The notes below the pieces were generated by a model, which ran no database searches, was not told where the DNA came from, and saw only the letters and a list, made by a program, of their open reading frames with translations. A program made the translations under genes and the position numbers. Shown here one piece after another: positions 38,029 through 49,201 of a stretch of 64,000 bases of DNA (positions are counted from its first letter, which is position 1; each line of letters opens with the position of its first letter). Origin of the DNA: Utricularia gibba (lineage: Eukaryota > Plantae > Magnoliophyta); NCBI GenBank assembly GCA_002189035.1, contig NEEC01000017.1, forward strand, positions 1,054,001 through 1,118,000. Reading direction: 5' to 3'.

Positions 38029-39250
38029 TTACTTCTTTTTGCCTGCTTTGCCTTCTTTCCTCTTCACAATCTCGTCTGCATACTTCACGCCCTTGCCTTT
38101 GTATGGCTCTGGAGGTCTCCATTTTCTTATGGAAGCGGCGAACTGGCCGATGGCGGATTTGTCGAATCCGGAGACTGTGATCCTTGTGTTCTCGTCCACC
38201 TTCACCTGCAGGCCGGCAGGGATTTCCATTCGGACAGGATGAGAGAAACCGAGGTTGAGGACTATGTCTTTTCCTTCCACTGCAGCACGGTATCCTGTTC
38301 CGACCAACTGGAGTTTCTTCTCGAAACCTTTGGAGACGCCCACCACCATGTTGTCAGTCAGCGTCCTGAGGGGTTCAAGTGACAAGCAAACTGAGCAGCA
38401 GACATGATAACTAGTGAAATGAAGAAATGGTCCATGATCATCGTATTCGGCATGATGTCTGTGTTGCCTGGACTAAGGGGTTGCAAAATGACGATAGGTA
38501 CCTGAATAAGCCATGCATCTGGTTGGCTCTTCTGGATTCCACTGCTTTTTTCACCATGAGAACTCCGGATTCATCCTTGAGAAGCTGAATTTCTCGTGGA
38601 TAAGTAATAGAAAGCTCTCCAAGAGGACCTTGGACTTTCAGATCTTGGCCTGCCTGTGTAAGAGTCACAGTGGATGGGACAGTAATTGGCTGCTTCCCAA
38701 TTCTGGACTCCTTGCATTCCACAGTTCTCAAAACGATGATACGAGGTGCAGGGACACCCGAAGCACGAAAACCATTTAGATCACCAAGGAAACGGCTACT
38801 CAGGCAACTGGTTGGAAGCAATACAGTTAATCAAAGTTTCCCAGCTATGGAAGATGCAACATTCAGAAGAAAACAGCACCACCATGGCAACACATTACAA
38901 ATGCGGAATGGAACACTTAAGTCACCAGGCAATCTGAAATCAGTCAATTGATCCATTCGTAATCAGAGGATTCTGTTTTTCAGGTTTTAGATCAGTTACA
39001 GTATCCCTAACTCTCATAAACCAAATTAATTTTCCAAAGTGAACAACTTTTCTATCTGAACGGATTCAGAAAGAACATATTAATTTCGACTACATCAACA
39101 AACCTACAAAAATGCTGCACTTATGCATTCAGGGAAGATTCAATTAAAGAAAATACAGCTGATGAATTTCCTATTTCAACCTCTGGATAATAAAGATTGA
39201 TAACTCAAAAGGCACCTGGACTGCGGAGAAGCAACCAGTGGCAACCCCAT
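38029..39250 (-). CDS. RPL6: 50S ribosomal protein L6, chloroplastic, 3 coding exons
   Basis: Exon 39216-39250 encodes [11 protein letters not shown]. It is followed by transit peptide ..[32 protein letters not shown]|[42 protein letters not shown]. Confidence 0.95.
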
Positions 39251-39622
39251 TTTTTCAACTAGCCCTGCAGTAGAAAGAAAAAACTTGGAATCAATAGATT
39301 TCACTCTTTCTAATCCACTCCATTACTTAATTAGTTTCATGTAAACAAACATCACTTAAACTGGACACTTTCCCGTACTCTCAGAAAAATAAAAACACAA
39401 ATGAAGTGACGAAGAAGATCCCATCAACAATGGAGGTTATCTCAAGATACTAAAACCTAAAAATTCCCAAAAAGAACGCGAAATACACCTTAATCACGTA
39501 TTTGTACCCAGAAAAAAAAAACCCCCCGGCACCGGAGTAGAGCACAGCAGCGGAACGGTCGGAACAGAAGTTGAGATAAGGTAACGTTCAGAAGCTGCGA
39601 AAGTAAAGTGGCCTCCTACTAT

Positions 39623-39690
39623 TGGGCCTTCTTCAATGGGCTCATGAACACAACCAGGTTGAACGACCCAAATAGATTCACGTAGGCCCA
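39623..39690. promoter_or_regulatory. Site II (TGGGCY) triplet upstream of RPL6
   Basis: TGGGCC 39623-39628, TGGGCT 39637-39642, GGCCCA 39685-39690. This motif is typical of ribosomal protein promoters. Confidence 0.6.
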
Positions 39691-40145
39691 AATTTCAAAA
39701 AGTCTCCAAAATGGGTGGGAGGTGCGAAATTCAGGGTGCGTACACGCGAGATTCATTGTTTTCACAAATTCGATTTTTCGGGTATGTTAAAGGTGCATTA
39801 TTTTGAAATATAAATATATTATACAAATTAATACAATTACAAATAAAACAAAATAATCAAATACAACAACTAATTCCATGAAATCACAAGGAATCATCCA
39901 ACGTAGTCCCGAGAACTGTTGATGGTAGTTTATCAGGGTTAGAAGCATGACTTCTCTTCTGATGAACTAAACAAACGTGCATTTGATTCATAATCAGGCA
40001 GGTCTCCAGTACACAAATTAACCGGCAAAAGGCAGGAACTTGAAAGAGAACTTAGAATACGAGAAGCCAAAATACTAAAAGTTTGTTCAGAAAGACACCA
40101 GACCCCTCTGAAGGAAACCAGCTTCAGGGGTGTGTGTAAAACGAG

Positions 40146-41295
40146 TTTATTCGCCTTCTATTTCCTCGTATTGGCGTAGTCATCCTCATCCTTGTTCAAA
40201 TCATCTCCAAAGACTTCAGCATCGGGCCCTCGTAGCCATCTTCCAATGGTTCTTGAATCCCATCACTTCTGTTATGTGGGCTGGAAGTGAAGTCCGTTTG
40301 ATGTCCAGGGAAATTGCTGCCGCTACTGTTGCCAAAGCCGCCGCCCAAGGAATCATCGCCACCATAGCTGCTGCGGTAACCGCCACTCACGTTATCAGAA
40401 GCACCGAATCCACCAGTATTAGCAAAGTTGCCTCCGCCAGAGTAACCGTCACTCACACTATCAGAAGCACCAAAGCCACCGGTATTCGCAAAATTGCCTC
40501 CACCACCGGAGTAACCGCCACCACCCCGATAACCGGAATCCTGACCTCCATACCCACCACCTCCGTACCCACCGTACCACCGCCTCCGTACCCACCACCT
40601 CCATAACCCCCTCGTGGTTTATCTGCAGCATAGTTCACTCTAATTCTGCGACCATGTAGATCCTGAAAAGCTTATATCAGATGTGGAATTCTAGTTGTGA
40701 AATGTCAACTGACGAGCAATACCACATTAGAGTAACACATCAGCTACATTGATTGATTGAACAACAAACTTCTAAACATTTCAGGAGCAACTGGTAGCAT
40801 AGAAAAAACTTAATGTTTTATCACCTGGCCATCAAGAGCCTGAATAGCGCTGGAAGCATCTTCAGTCGTAGTGTAACTGACAAAGCCAAAACCACGTGAC
40901 CGGCCGGAATCCCGGTCCAAAATGACTCTAGCTGTAAGTTGGAAAATTTTATGAAGCTTATGGCAAATTCACCTAAACTATGCAAATAATTATATCCCAA
41001 TGGAAACTTATACCTTCAACCACTTCACCGTACTGAGCAAACGCTTCCCTCAAACTCATTTCATCGGTGTTATAAGAGAGGCCTGGAGCAAGAGAAGAGC
41101 ATGAAGCACGCAGAAAACGAGAATAAGAACTACATATTATGAAACATCATGGTGTCAACCTCCGACAAAAAGTTTCGATGATGACATCCATCTTACTGAC
41201 TGGAGAAGTGAGCCATTTCCAGTAGAAAGCCCTGGCATGAGACTTTTGCCATAATTCTTCGTCAAAATTTTTCCGATTCTGTTGAAAAAAGCCAT
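40146..41295 (-). CDS. Mitochondrial glycine-rich RRM protein (GR-RBP3/5, ORRM3/4-like), 4 exons, with two apparent 1-bp deletions
   Basis: Presequence MAFFNRIGKIL..VRWMSSSKLFVGG|LSYNTDEMSLREAF..|ARVILDRDSGRSRGFGFVSY..ALDGQ|DLHGRRIRVNYA, followed by a GGY-rich tail. With a G restored at about 40577 and about 40227, it ends in the acidic ..DDLNKDEDDYANTRK*. The end coordinate is approximate. Confidence 0.9.
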
Positions 41296-41785
41296 TTCCG
41301 CAACACACAATGGCCTGCACCCACCATGAGAGAAGGAATCAATGGAGAGAAACATACCCAACGCTCGGTGTATAATTTCAGCACGTGTTGAACAAACTAT
41401 TGCAAAATATTGCATACTCTCCCTCTGGATAACCAACTTCAAAGTCATTCCAAACATCAAAACGAAAGACTCCATAAGCCGATCACTTTCATCCACATGC
41501 CGCACACTTCACTCCAATCAAATATCAAAACTACTGATACACGTCAAAAAGCTTGGTAATTTCCCTGAAAGTTACAGCTTTTCGAAAAGAAATTGCCAAC
41601 AGTCGCATAAGCCCTACAAATGCATCGATTTCGAAAAAAAAAAGGAACCAATAAAAATCTAACACAAATCAAAGAAACGGCACCGAATCGTGCCCTTACG
41701 AAGGAAACTGGTAGCGAAAAGCACCTCCAAGTGAGCGAACCTACGCCGGGATTTTCCCACAATCGAACTCCAAGTGCCGAGGGTT

Positions 41786-41918
41786 TAGGGTTTAGTACTT
41801 TGCGTGTGATCTGCTGTGCGCAACTCCAGGACTTGAAGGCTAATCCAGCCGTCGGATACAATGGGGCCCAAAAAGGCATTACAGATGTTGGGCTATGGTT
41901 GGCCAAACCCACTGGGCC
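41786..41918. promoter_or_regulatory. Telo-box plus site II module upstream of the glycine-rich RRM gene
   Basis: TAGGGTTT (telo-box reverse complement) at 41786-41793, GGCCCA 41865-41870, TGGGCT 41889-41894 and TGGGCC 41913-41918. Confidence 0.6.
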
Positions 41919-42501
41919 CATTTTCGATAATCACAACCCACTTCTGATTCTTAAATACGCTGTTTTGTGAATCAAATTTATGCCATAATTTTATTTAATT
42001 TATTAAATAAATTAATAATTCGAATTTCAAGACTAATTTTAGAAATTATCATTTATTAAAATTTTATGATACAATAGAAAATTAATTAAAAAATCATACT
42101 ATAAAATTCACATATAATTCAAAAATATATTTAGATCATGTGTATTAAATTTTATAATATAATTTAATTTTTTTCAGGTTTTATAATATCATATAAAATA
42201 ATTTTATAATATAAAATTTATTTTACTTTATACAATTTAAAACAGTTTTTAAAAATACACATGTCCGAACGGTTCAATGTTGGACCAATTCAAGCATGGG
42301 TTCGACCGGCTCCAATGGATTGGCTTTTTGTGTAACATGTCTGAACCGGAGACTCGTTTTTTAGTTTTTTCATGGTCCTTACAAACAAGTTATACACTCA
42401 TTTATTGCAACAGTACAGATCCAGCATCGTGTATATTGTATTTTGCAAAAAAAACAAAGGAGACGAAGAGGGTAACTGTGTCAGTGTCCGAATACCTACC
42501 A

Positions 42502-44433
42502 TTACCATTTCTTGAGGCCTCCATGTAAAGATCCCTGTGATCCTCCAAAGAGATCTGAGAGATAATTTTCCAGATCCTCCGATGTGTACTTGACATGCTT
42601 CTCAGGTATATGGTCGCAGTGTCTTTGGAAGGAACGATATGCGTGAGTCACATTGGACGATACTGAGAGTTTGAGATTCTCCCTGAGCTCCTCGTTGGGG
42701 ATGATCCACCCTGTTTGAGTTCGGTAGACCTCTTCAAAGGCAAGGTAGAAGCCGCGCAGTCTTTCTTTGATGATGTTGCGACAAGTGGCGTTGCTGATCC
42801 CTTCGTCTCGCAGGAAGGCGACGATTGGGCTCCAAGTGAGCCTCTGATAGCACATCGTATGATACTGAACCAGCCGGTTGTGTTTCCGGATCCAGTCGTC
42901 TTCCAGAATGGTCTGAAGATGATAGTCCCTGGCCTTGTCCGTCATGTACTGTATGTTGTTCATCAAGAAGATGTGTTGCAGGGATTCATTCTTGCAGAGC
43001 AACGCTTTCTCGATGAGGTTGCGTTCCAGGATCTCAGCCATGGATCTCAAGTGCCTCACCGTCGGAGAAGCGTCTGGCGCCTGAGAGGCATTCAGCTCCG
43101 GCTCTTTCTGAGGGCTGATCGCCGGTGAAACAGTAACAGAGGATTCATTGCCAGAGCCCATCATCAGCTCATCCAAAGTTCTTCTCCAACCCGTGAGAGT
43201 TCTCAGGTAGTTCATGACATATTTAGTGAGAACATGAACTCCACCATCGGCCTCGATTGCAGAAGTATGTGAGGCAATACGACCCTGAAATTCAACAACA
43301 GTTGCTCTTGCACAGTCTCCCAGTCTCCAAAGGGCATCTTCACACTCCCTGGTAATACATAAGCCATCCTCGGAGTACAGCGTTGTTACCTTTTGTCTGA
43401 GCTCTGAAACAGCTTCATACATGTCGAGGAGCCGAATCAGCTTTTCGGGTCGACGGGGGCCAACAGCCATGGCGTCGGTGAAGTTCAGAAGTGCCTGAAC
43501 AGCGGCTCTTGAACACTCATAAAAACAGGTGTTGCTCACGGATTCGATATCTCCAAATATCTGATCAGCTAGTGACTTTTCACCCACAAGATAGAATTCA
43601 ACAAAGGGCCTCATGGCTTTGAGCCATTTCCCAATCTTGCTGTTTAGTTTCTTCCAACTCATCTTGGAGACGTCTTCGATGCTCAGATTTTCCAGTTCGA
43701 GGCTCAAAAGGAGCTCATCCAGTGCATGTTTTCGAGCATTCACATAGACATGAAAACATTCATGGCCATAATTCGATCTGTACATCAGGTTAACAATGCT
43801 TTTCAGGAAAAGGGTGACTTCTTGAGGCACAAGCTCTACAGCATAATCCACAGATTCATCGCAGCTGCTGTCTCTTTGCTCTAACTCTTCAAAAGGATTA
43901 TCCCCCATTGATAGAACCGACCCTTCATCGGCATTCTCCTCCTCACTCGACCGAAATGATGTTTGCTCTTCCTCACTCGGCTGCCAGTTATGCAGAAGCA
44001 GCCTTCTGAACTCCTGTTCCAGTACAGCCATTCCGCTCTGGAGCAGATCATGTGCTCGGTGAAGCAACGTATCATAGTTTCTGCTGCTATTCCCACGTTC
44101 CAAGACCGTGGTCAGTTGATAGGCTTCTTCTACTGCATTCAGAAAAGCATACGCTTCCTCAGGATCCCAAATCACGGATGGCTCCTCAAAGTCATAACTC
44201 ATGATCTTAGTCTCAATCATACTCAGCTGCTGCTCGATCTCACCTACCTCCGGACCACCAATTTCCGTGGATAGAGCAATACTGATCAATCGATAACCCA
44301 AACTTGCCATCGTCTTCCTGGTGCCGCATCCTAAACTCCCGTTTGATTCTAGGGATCTAATAATTTTTTCCAAACTAGCGATCAACTCCGCCTCTTCTTC
44401 CACAGCGGTCTTCATTACTGAGATACTCCCCAT
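42502..44433 (-). CDS. EXO70E: Exocyst subunit EXO70, E clade, single exon
   Basis: An intact ORF starting MGSISVMK.. with EXO70 motifs AMAVLEQEFRRLL (GMAVLEQEF here), LENLSIEDV, RRPEKLIRLLDMYE, GGVHVLTKYVMNY, IFLMNNIQYM, FYLAFEEVYRTQTGWII and KYTSEDLENYLSDLF. Confidence 0.92.
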   Translation of the reverse strand: MGSISVMKTAVEEEAELIASLEKIIRSLESNGSLGCGTRKTMASLGYRLISIALSTEIGGPEVGEIEQQLSMIETKIMSYDFEEPSVIWDPEEAYAFLNAVEEAYQLTTVLERGNSSRNYDTLLHRAHDLLQSGMAVLEQEFRRLLLHNWQPSEEEQTSFRSSEEENADEGSVLSMGDNPFEELEQRDSSCDESVDYAVELVPQEVTLFLKSIVNLMYRSNYGHECFHVYVNARKHALDELLLSLELENLSIEDVSKMSWKKLNSKIGKWLKAMRPFVEFYLVGEKSLADQIFGDIESVSNTCFYECSRAAVQALLNFTDAMAVGPRRPEKLIRLLDMYEAVSELRQKVTTLYSEDGLCITRECEDALWRLGDCARATVVEFQGRIASHTSAIEADGGVHVLTKYVMNYLRTLTGWRRTLDELMMGSGNESSVTVSPAISPQKEPELNASQAPDASPTVRHLRSMAEILERNLIEKALLCKNESLQHIFLMNNIQYMTDKARDYHLQTILEDDWIRKHNRLVQYHTMCYQRLTWSPIVAFLRDEGISNATCRNIIKERLRGFYLAFEEVYRTQTGWIIPNEELRENLKLSVSSNVTHAYRSFQRHCDHIPEKHVKYTSEDLENYLSDLFGGSQGSLHGGLKKW

Positions 44434-44753
44434 ATCGTAACAGCAGCACAAAGATTCACACCCACAAAAACTGGACCCAACCCATACAAATTTTCGGGAA
44501 AAAAACAACCAAAGAATCCATCAAGATTAACTTTCTTTGCAAGCCCAGATGAAGGGAAAACTAAAGAGTTACTTCAAGAGATAAAGATGATAAGTTCTTC
44601 CAAGCATGACTGGCACCTACCAACCCATCTTCCAAACCTGGGCAGAAAAAGCTGTTCGACTCCAAGGGCTATGGAACCTGCATCTGGAAACAGATTAGGG
44701 AATCAAATAAAAACTGCAGGCGAGGCACGGCGGTCTTCGCAGAAAAGTCGCGA

Positions 44754-45037
44754 AGTCAACGGTCGTCGTGGCTGGTCAAGCCTTGCAGAGCAAGGGAGGT
44801 GGTGTGTTTGTTCACGAGGGTGGTTTTGTATTTTCACAACCCATTGGGCAATAATGGACTTCATGAATATGACTACAGTTGACTTTTCTTCATAATTTAA
44901 GACACTTTCAACACATTTCCGGACATGGTATGAAATAATTTCTAGAAGTACTCACCGAGCATGCCTTAACGATTTTCGCATACAAAAACATTTTTTCATT
45001 TTTGCCCCCCAACGACCACCCCCTTTGAATAAGTCAA
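44754..45037. promoter_or_regulatory. W-box cluster upstream of EXO70E
   Basis: TTGACY occurs on either strand at 44754-44759, 44774-44779, 44879-44884 and 45032-45037. Confidence 0.5.
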
Positions 45038-47172
45038 AGCTGTGGAATCGCCACAAGCCAAAACTAGAGCTACGTTGCACTATTCCGTGGAAAATCACGC
45101 ACCTGATCAATGTATACATGTAAGGTGCATATGTATATATATATATATTTAATCTTAATCAAGAGACATTAAGTGTGTTCTTTATTCCCTAACTTGAGTT
45201 TTGATATTAAATGGTTTATTATCTCAATATTCCTCTTATTTGAGTACGTTTCTTAACATATTTTGTATACTTGAATTATTTCTTGTTTTAAAACTCTTCT
45301 TTTTTAAGTAGATTCCTTAACTTAATTTTTTAGATTTATGTAATATATATATATATTAAATAACGTAGTCTTAACACATCCTAAAAATCGAATTTTTAAT
45401 ATCAATGAATCTCACACCCACACCAAAATCACACACCAAACAATCCCTTTTGGTGCAACCTACGACTAAAGTCGTCGACGGGCCTGAATATGGGGTCCCA
45501 CTCAGCAAAGGAAAATGGATCACACCTGGCCCAATCCTCGGCTTTGGATGTATATCATTTTTTTTCCCCAAAAATAATACTTTTTAATAAAATAAAATTA
45601 GATTTCAACCTTCTATGTTTATTTTCGAAAAAAATAGTTTTAAACAAAAACTAGTTTAGAATAAATATTAAATATATCTTATACAATATAGTTTATTTTA
45701 ATTCAATTTTTACGGTATTATCCTTTTATATACATTTTCTCTAATATTTTTTATTATTTGTTTAAATTTGGCGACAAGCGAGACGTAGATGTTTGCCACG
45801 TGGATCCCGCTCGACCGTCCTTTTAGTATTGGGCCCTGTACGGAAACGTTGACTGGGCCGCTGTTGTGGCCCGATTAGTGCATTAATCTTCCACGTGGCG
45901 CTTTCGGTCAAGAATCAGACCTCTCCCTCTCTGTGGTCCAAATTCATAACTCTACCGTACAAAATCCAAATCGAAAAGCTTTTCCCCTTTGCTTTCCGTA
46001 GCATTTCATGCTCGTAACTTCCTCAAGTCGTATACTCCACTTTTCTTTTTCTTTTAATTCCCTTTCCCTCAAAAACATTTTTCCTGGAATTATTTTAATG
46101 ATTTAAAAATGACTATCGAACAACAATAGTATAAAATTAAAATCCCGCAGCGAAAACGACAACTCAAAAGCCAAACATTCTCTACAATTTAATCGATAAA
46201 ATTTACAAAAATATTTCTCATTATTTTAATATTATTTTTATTTGACATAATTAATTTATACTATTTCAAAATAATGATAAAATTGATCTTAAAAAATTTG
46301 GCATCTACTATTTTATCATAATTGATATTACTAGTTTTCAATTGTGTAAAAATTTTGATAAAATTAGTTTTCAACTAATCGTGTCTAATTTTTTCAATAA
46401 TAAAGATTAATTGTATCTAATATTCAAATAATAAGAGATTACAAATATATAAAATACAAAGAAATATCAATCTAACTTCTTAAGTAGTATTGATACGATA
46501 CGTGTTATGTATCAGTTACGTTGGTGTGATTATGCTATGTACTCAGTTGTAACCTTTGAGATATTATACCAAAATTCGTTTGAATCGGTATTTGATTGAT
46601 TAGCCATGCGATTTGACGAACCGGGTTTAATATATTTGAATGATAGTCATGATATATTGCAACAATGAGTTTCGAATAATAGTCTTATTGGTTACAAGAA
46701 TGACAAAATATGGGACATCTAGAAAACTAACTATAGTTATTTTCTGTATCACATACTAAGATCAATTTTTTTATATATACGATGTTTATTTTTATCATAT
46801 ATTAAGAATATGATGGCTAGTTTTTCTAATTCATCCGAAAAAATACTTAGTTTTGGAAGTGTGAATATGCGTTCACATTTTCATTTGAATTTCTTCTATA
46901 TGCAAAGTGTGTGACTTTATTGCATTTCTTTTTCTTACTTATTGTTCACGTAGCATTTATTGGGTTTTCGTTTTCGCGGCTGAGTGCGTGGGTTTCTGTG
47001 CTGTAGCAACTAAAGCACATAGATCTACTTCATTTCCTTTCCAGGGTTTCACTTGGGATCTTCTTGATAGTACTGCGCCTCGCAGGTGCACGTTTCAGTC
47101 ATCTTGTTTGATTCTTGGCATGTTTACAGCTGGTTCAGGTTGAAGATTCGCCATTTGAGACGAGGGGAAGGG

Positions 47173-47889
47173 ATGAAGACTCTGGAGAGCAGCAAGAAGG
47201 GCTCGAAACCCTACTCGGGCGCATCGGCTCCAATAACATCTTGGTCATGCTCCCGGATCAGGGATCCTCGGATCGTCGGCGTTTCGAGGGCGTTCGGTCG
47301 GAAGGACCGGCACAGTAAGGTGTGCACCGTGAAGGGTTTGAGGGACCGGAGGGTCCGGCTTTCGATCCCGACGGCGATGCAGCTGTATGATCTCCAACAC
47401 AGGTTGGGGCTCAGCCAGCCCAGCAAGGTCGTGGACTGGCTCATGAATGCTGCCAAGAAGGATATCGATGAGCTGCCTCCATTGCAAATCCCTCCGGGGA
47501 GCTTCGTGAGCCCCAGCTTCCAGACGCTGATAGCGCCGATTTCCGATAAACCCGGCGGCGGGTTCAAGGTGAGTGGATCATCGTGGCCGCCGTATGCTGC
47601 AAACAAGAGTGTGTACGGGGGGTGCCTGAATCCCTCTACCAGCTCCTGCCTTAGATGGGGCTCACCAAGTTTGTCTCTTTCTCATCCGCCGAGTTCCAAG
47701 GAGGAAGATTGGCAGATACTTCACTGGCAGCAGTCTTTGATTTATCACCAAGGAATCACTCCACCAACCAGCTTACGATTCGGGCAGGAAACTGAATCAG
47801 AAAGGGCGGCAATGGAGTTCAACATAACTGAAAATTTCCTCCCAGAAGAGAATCTGCAGAGCAAAGACCATCCTTTTCTCACAAGATGA
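47173..47889 (+). CDS. Class II CIN-type TCP transcription factor (TCP5/13/17 clade)
   Basis: [79 protein letters not shown] is the TCP5/13/17 signature. No miR319 target site was seen, consistent with this clade. Confidence 0.93.
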   Translation: MKTLESSKKGSKPYSGASAPITSWSCSRIRDPRIVGVSRAFGRKDRHSKVCTVKGLRDRRVRLSIPTAMQLYDLQHRLGLSQPSKVVDWLMNAAKKDIDELPPLQIPPGSFVSPSFQTLIAPISDKPGGGFKVSGSSWPPYAANKSVYGGCLNPSTSSCLRWGSPSLSLSHPPSSKEEDWQILHWQQSLIYHQGITPPTSLRFGQETESERAAMEFNITENFLPEENLQSKDHPFLTR

Positions 47890-49201
47890 ACAGGGACGAT
47901 ACCACACCACAATCTCCTCCTCTAAACAGACTGAAGATTGATACTATGTAACCATAAGTTTCCCCCTTTCAAAACCCACCACACGCTTCCTTCTCTATGC
48001 AATATTGAACTGTAGTTTTATCATCGGATTCGGTATACAAAGTATGCAATATTTTAGTCTTTTTGTCCCGATACCAAAAGGAGAAATCGTGGTGAACATC
48101 AGCTAAACCGCGGTACACAAATCCATGGAGAATAAGCTGGAATTAGTGCAAAACGGCATGGTTATGTAAGCATAAACAATTTCACATTGTAAAATAAAAA
48201 TGAAAATAAAATAATTTAATCGATTGAATGTAATTTTTTTTAATATAATATATATTTATTATATGCTTACAATCACATAATTAATCTATCGAATAATTAA
48301 TTTCAAAAGCCTCATCCTCATCCTCAGGATCTTGGGTTGGGTTGGCTGGCGTTCGGAAGAAGAGGTTGATTTGGATGGAGTGGATGCTGCTGCAGATAAC
48401 ATACATTCGGTGGCGTGTGGAGTGTAGCTATAGAAGACATGGATGTGAATACGGGTGGTCCAAAGATTAGGAGTTAAGTGAGGTCATTAGTATTGGGCCT
48501 CTCATCACTTTACAGGCCCACCTCACCAATTCTACGTCTTTCAACCAAATTTCCTCGTATTTACAGTAATTTATGCACAAATTAATGATTTTAAAAAATA
48601 TGAATCTATTTTTTATTTTTAAAGGAATCATTTATTATATATTTTATTAAAAAAATATCGAAATTGTCCAATACCGAAATTGCAAGAAATATCATTTTTG
48701 TTTTGAATACAAGAAACCTAGGTGCTTATTATGCTAAAGTTCATGCAATCAAGTTTGATTATCAATTTTAAATTTCAGTTAGAACTAAAAAACACGAATT
48801 GCAACCAATAATATAAAAACACCAAACATGCTAATTCAAATACTAACTCTAATATATCAAATGGAATGTCTCAAAGGGTTATGTACTCTATGAAATTCTT
48901 GTCTTAATCTTATTAAATATTTTATTATTTCAAAGGTATTCAAGTTCCTTATTTCTTAAATTTTTTATTTTAAGTTTTCACATTTTCTTAAATCATCAAA
49001 TCCTATCTATACACATTATCATTCTAATTTGTCATCATTTATTCTAACATTGAATATAATTTGAGAATTTTAATTCTTCTATTTATTGCTTTCCCATTTT
49101 TTAATTTATTTTGTGGAGATTATTGCACTCATACAATAAAATTTAGAAACAAGCACTGTAGTAAAATAATGAGGAGGTTGAAGCAGTCTGTCTGCATGAA
49201 C

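Noticed and set aside
41781-41795. TTTAGGG telomere-like units as an interstitial telomere
   Set aside because: Only two units, in promoter context with site II motifs. Better explained as a telo-box.
42260-42350. GGTTCGA T-loop-like motif (also near 30762) suggesting a tRNA or SINE
   Set aside because: No cloverleaf, D-arm or A-box is present.
48493-48520. Site II pair (TGGGCC, GGCCCA) between the convergent TCP and LNG genes, suggesting a hidden promoter
   Set aside because: No associated ORF, TATA box or RNA gene was found, and two hexamers alone are insufficient.
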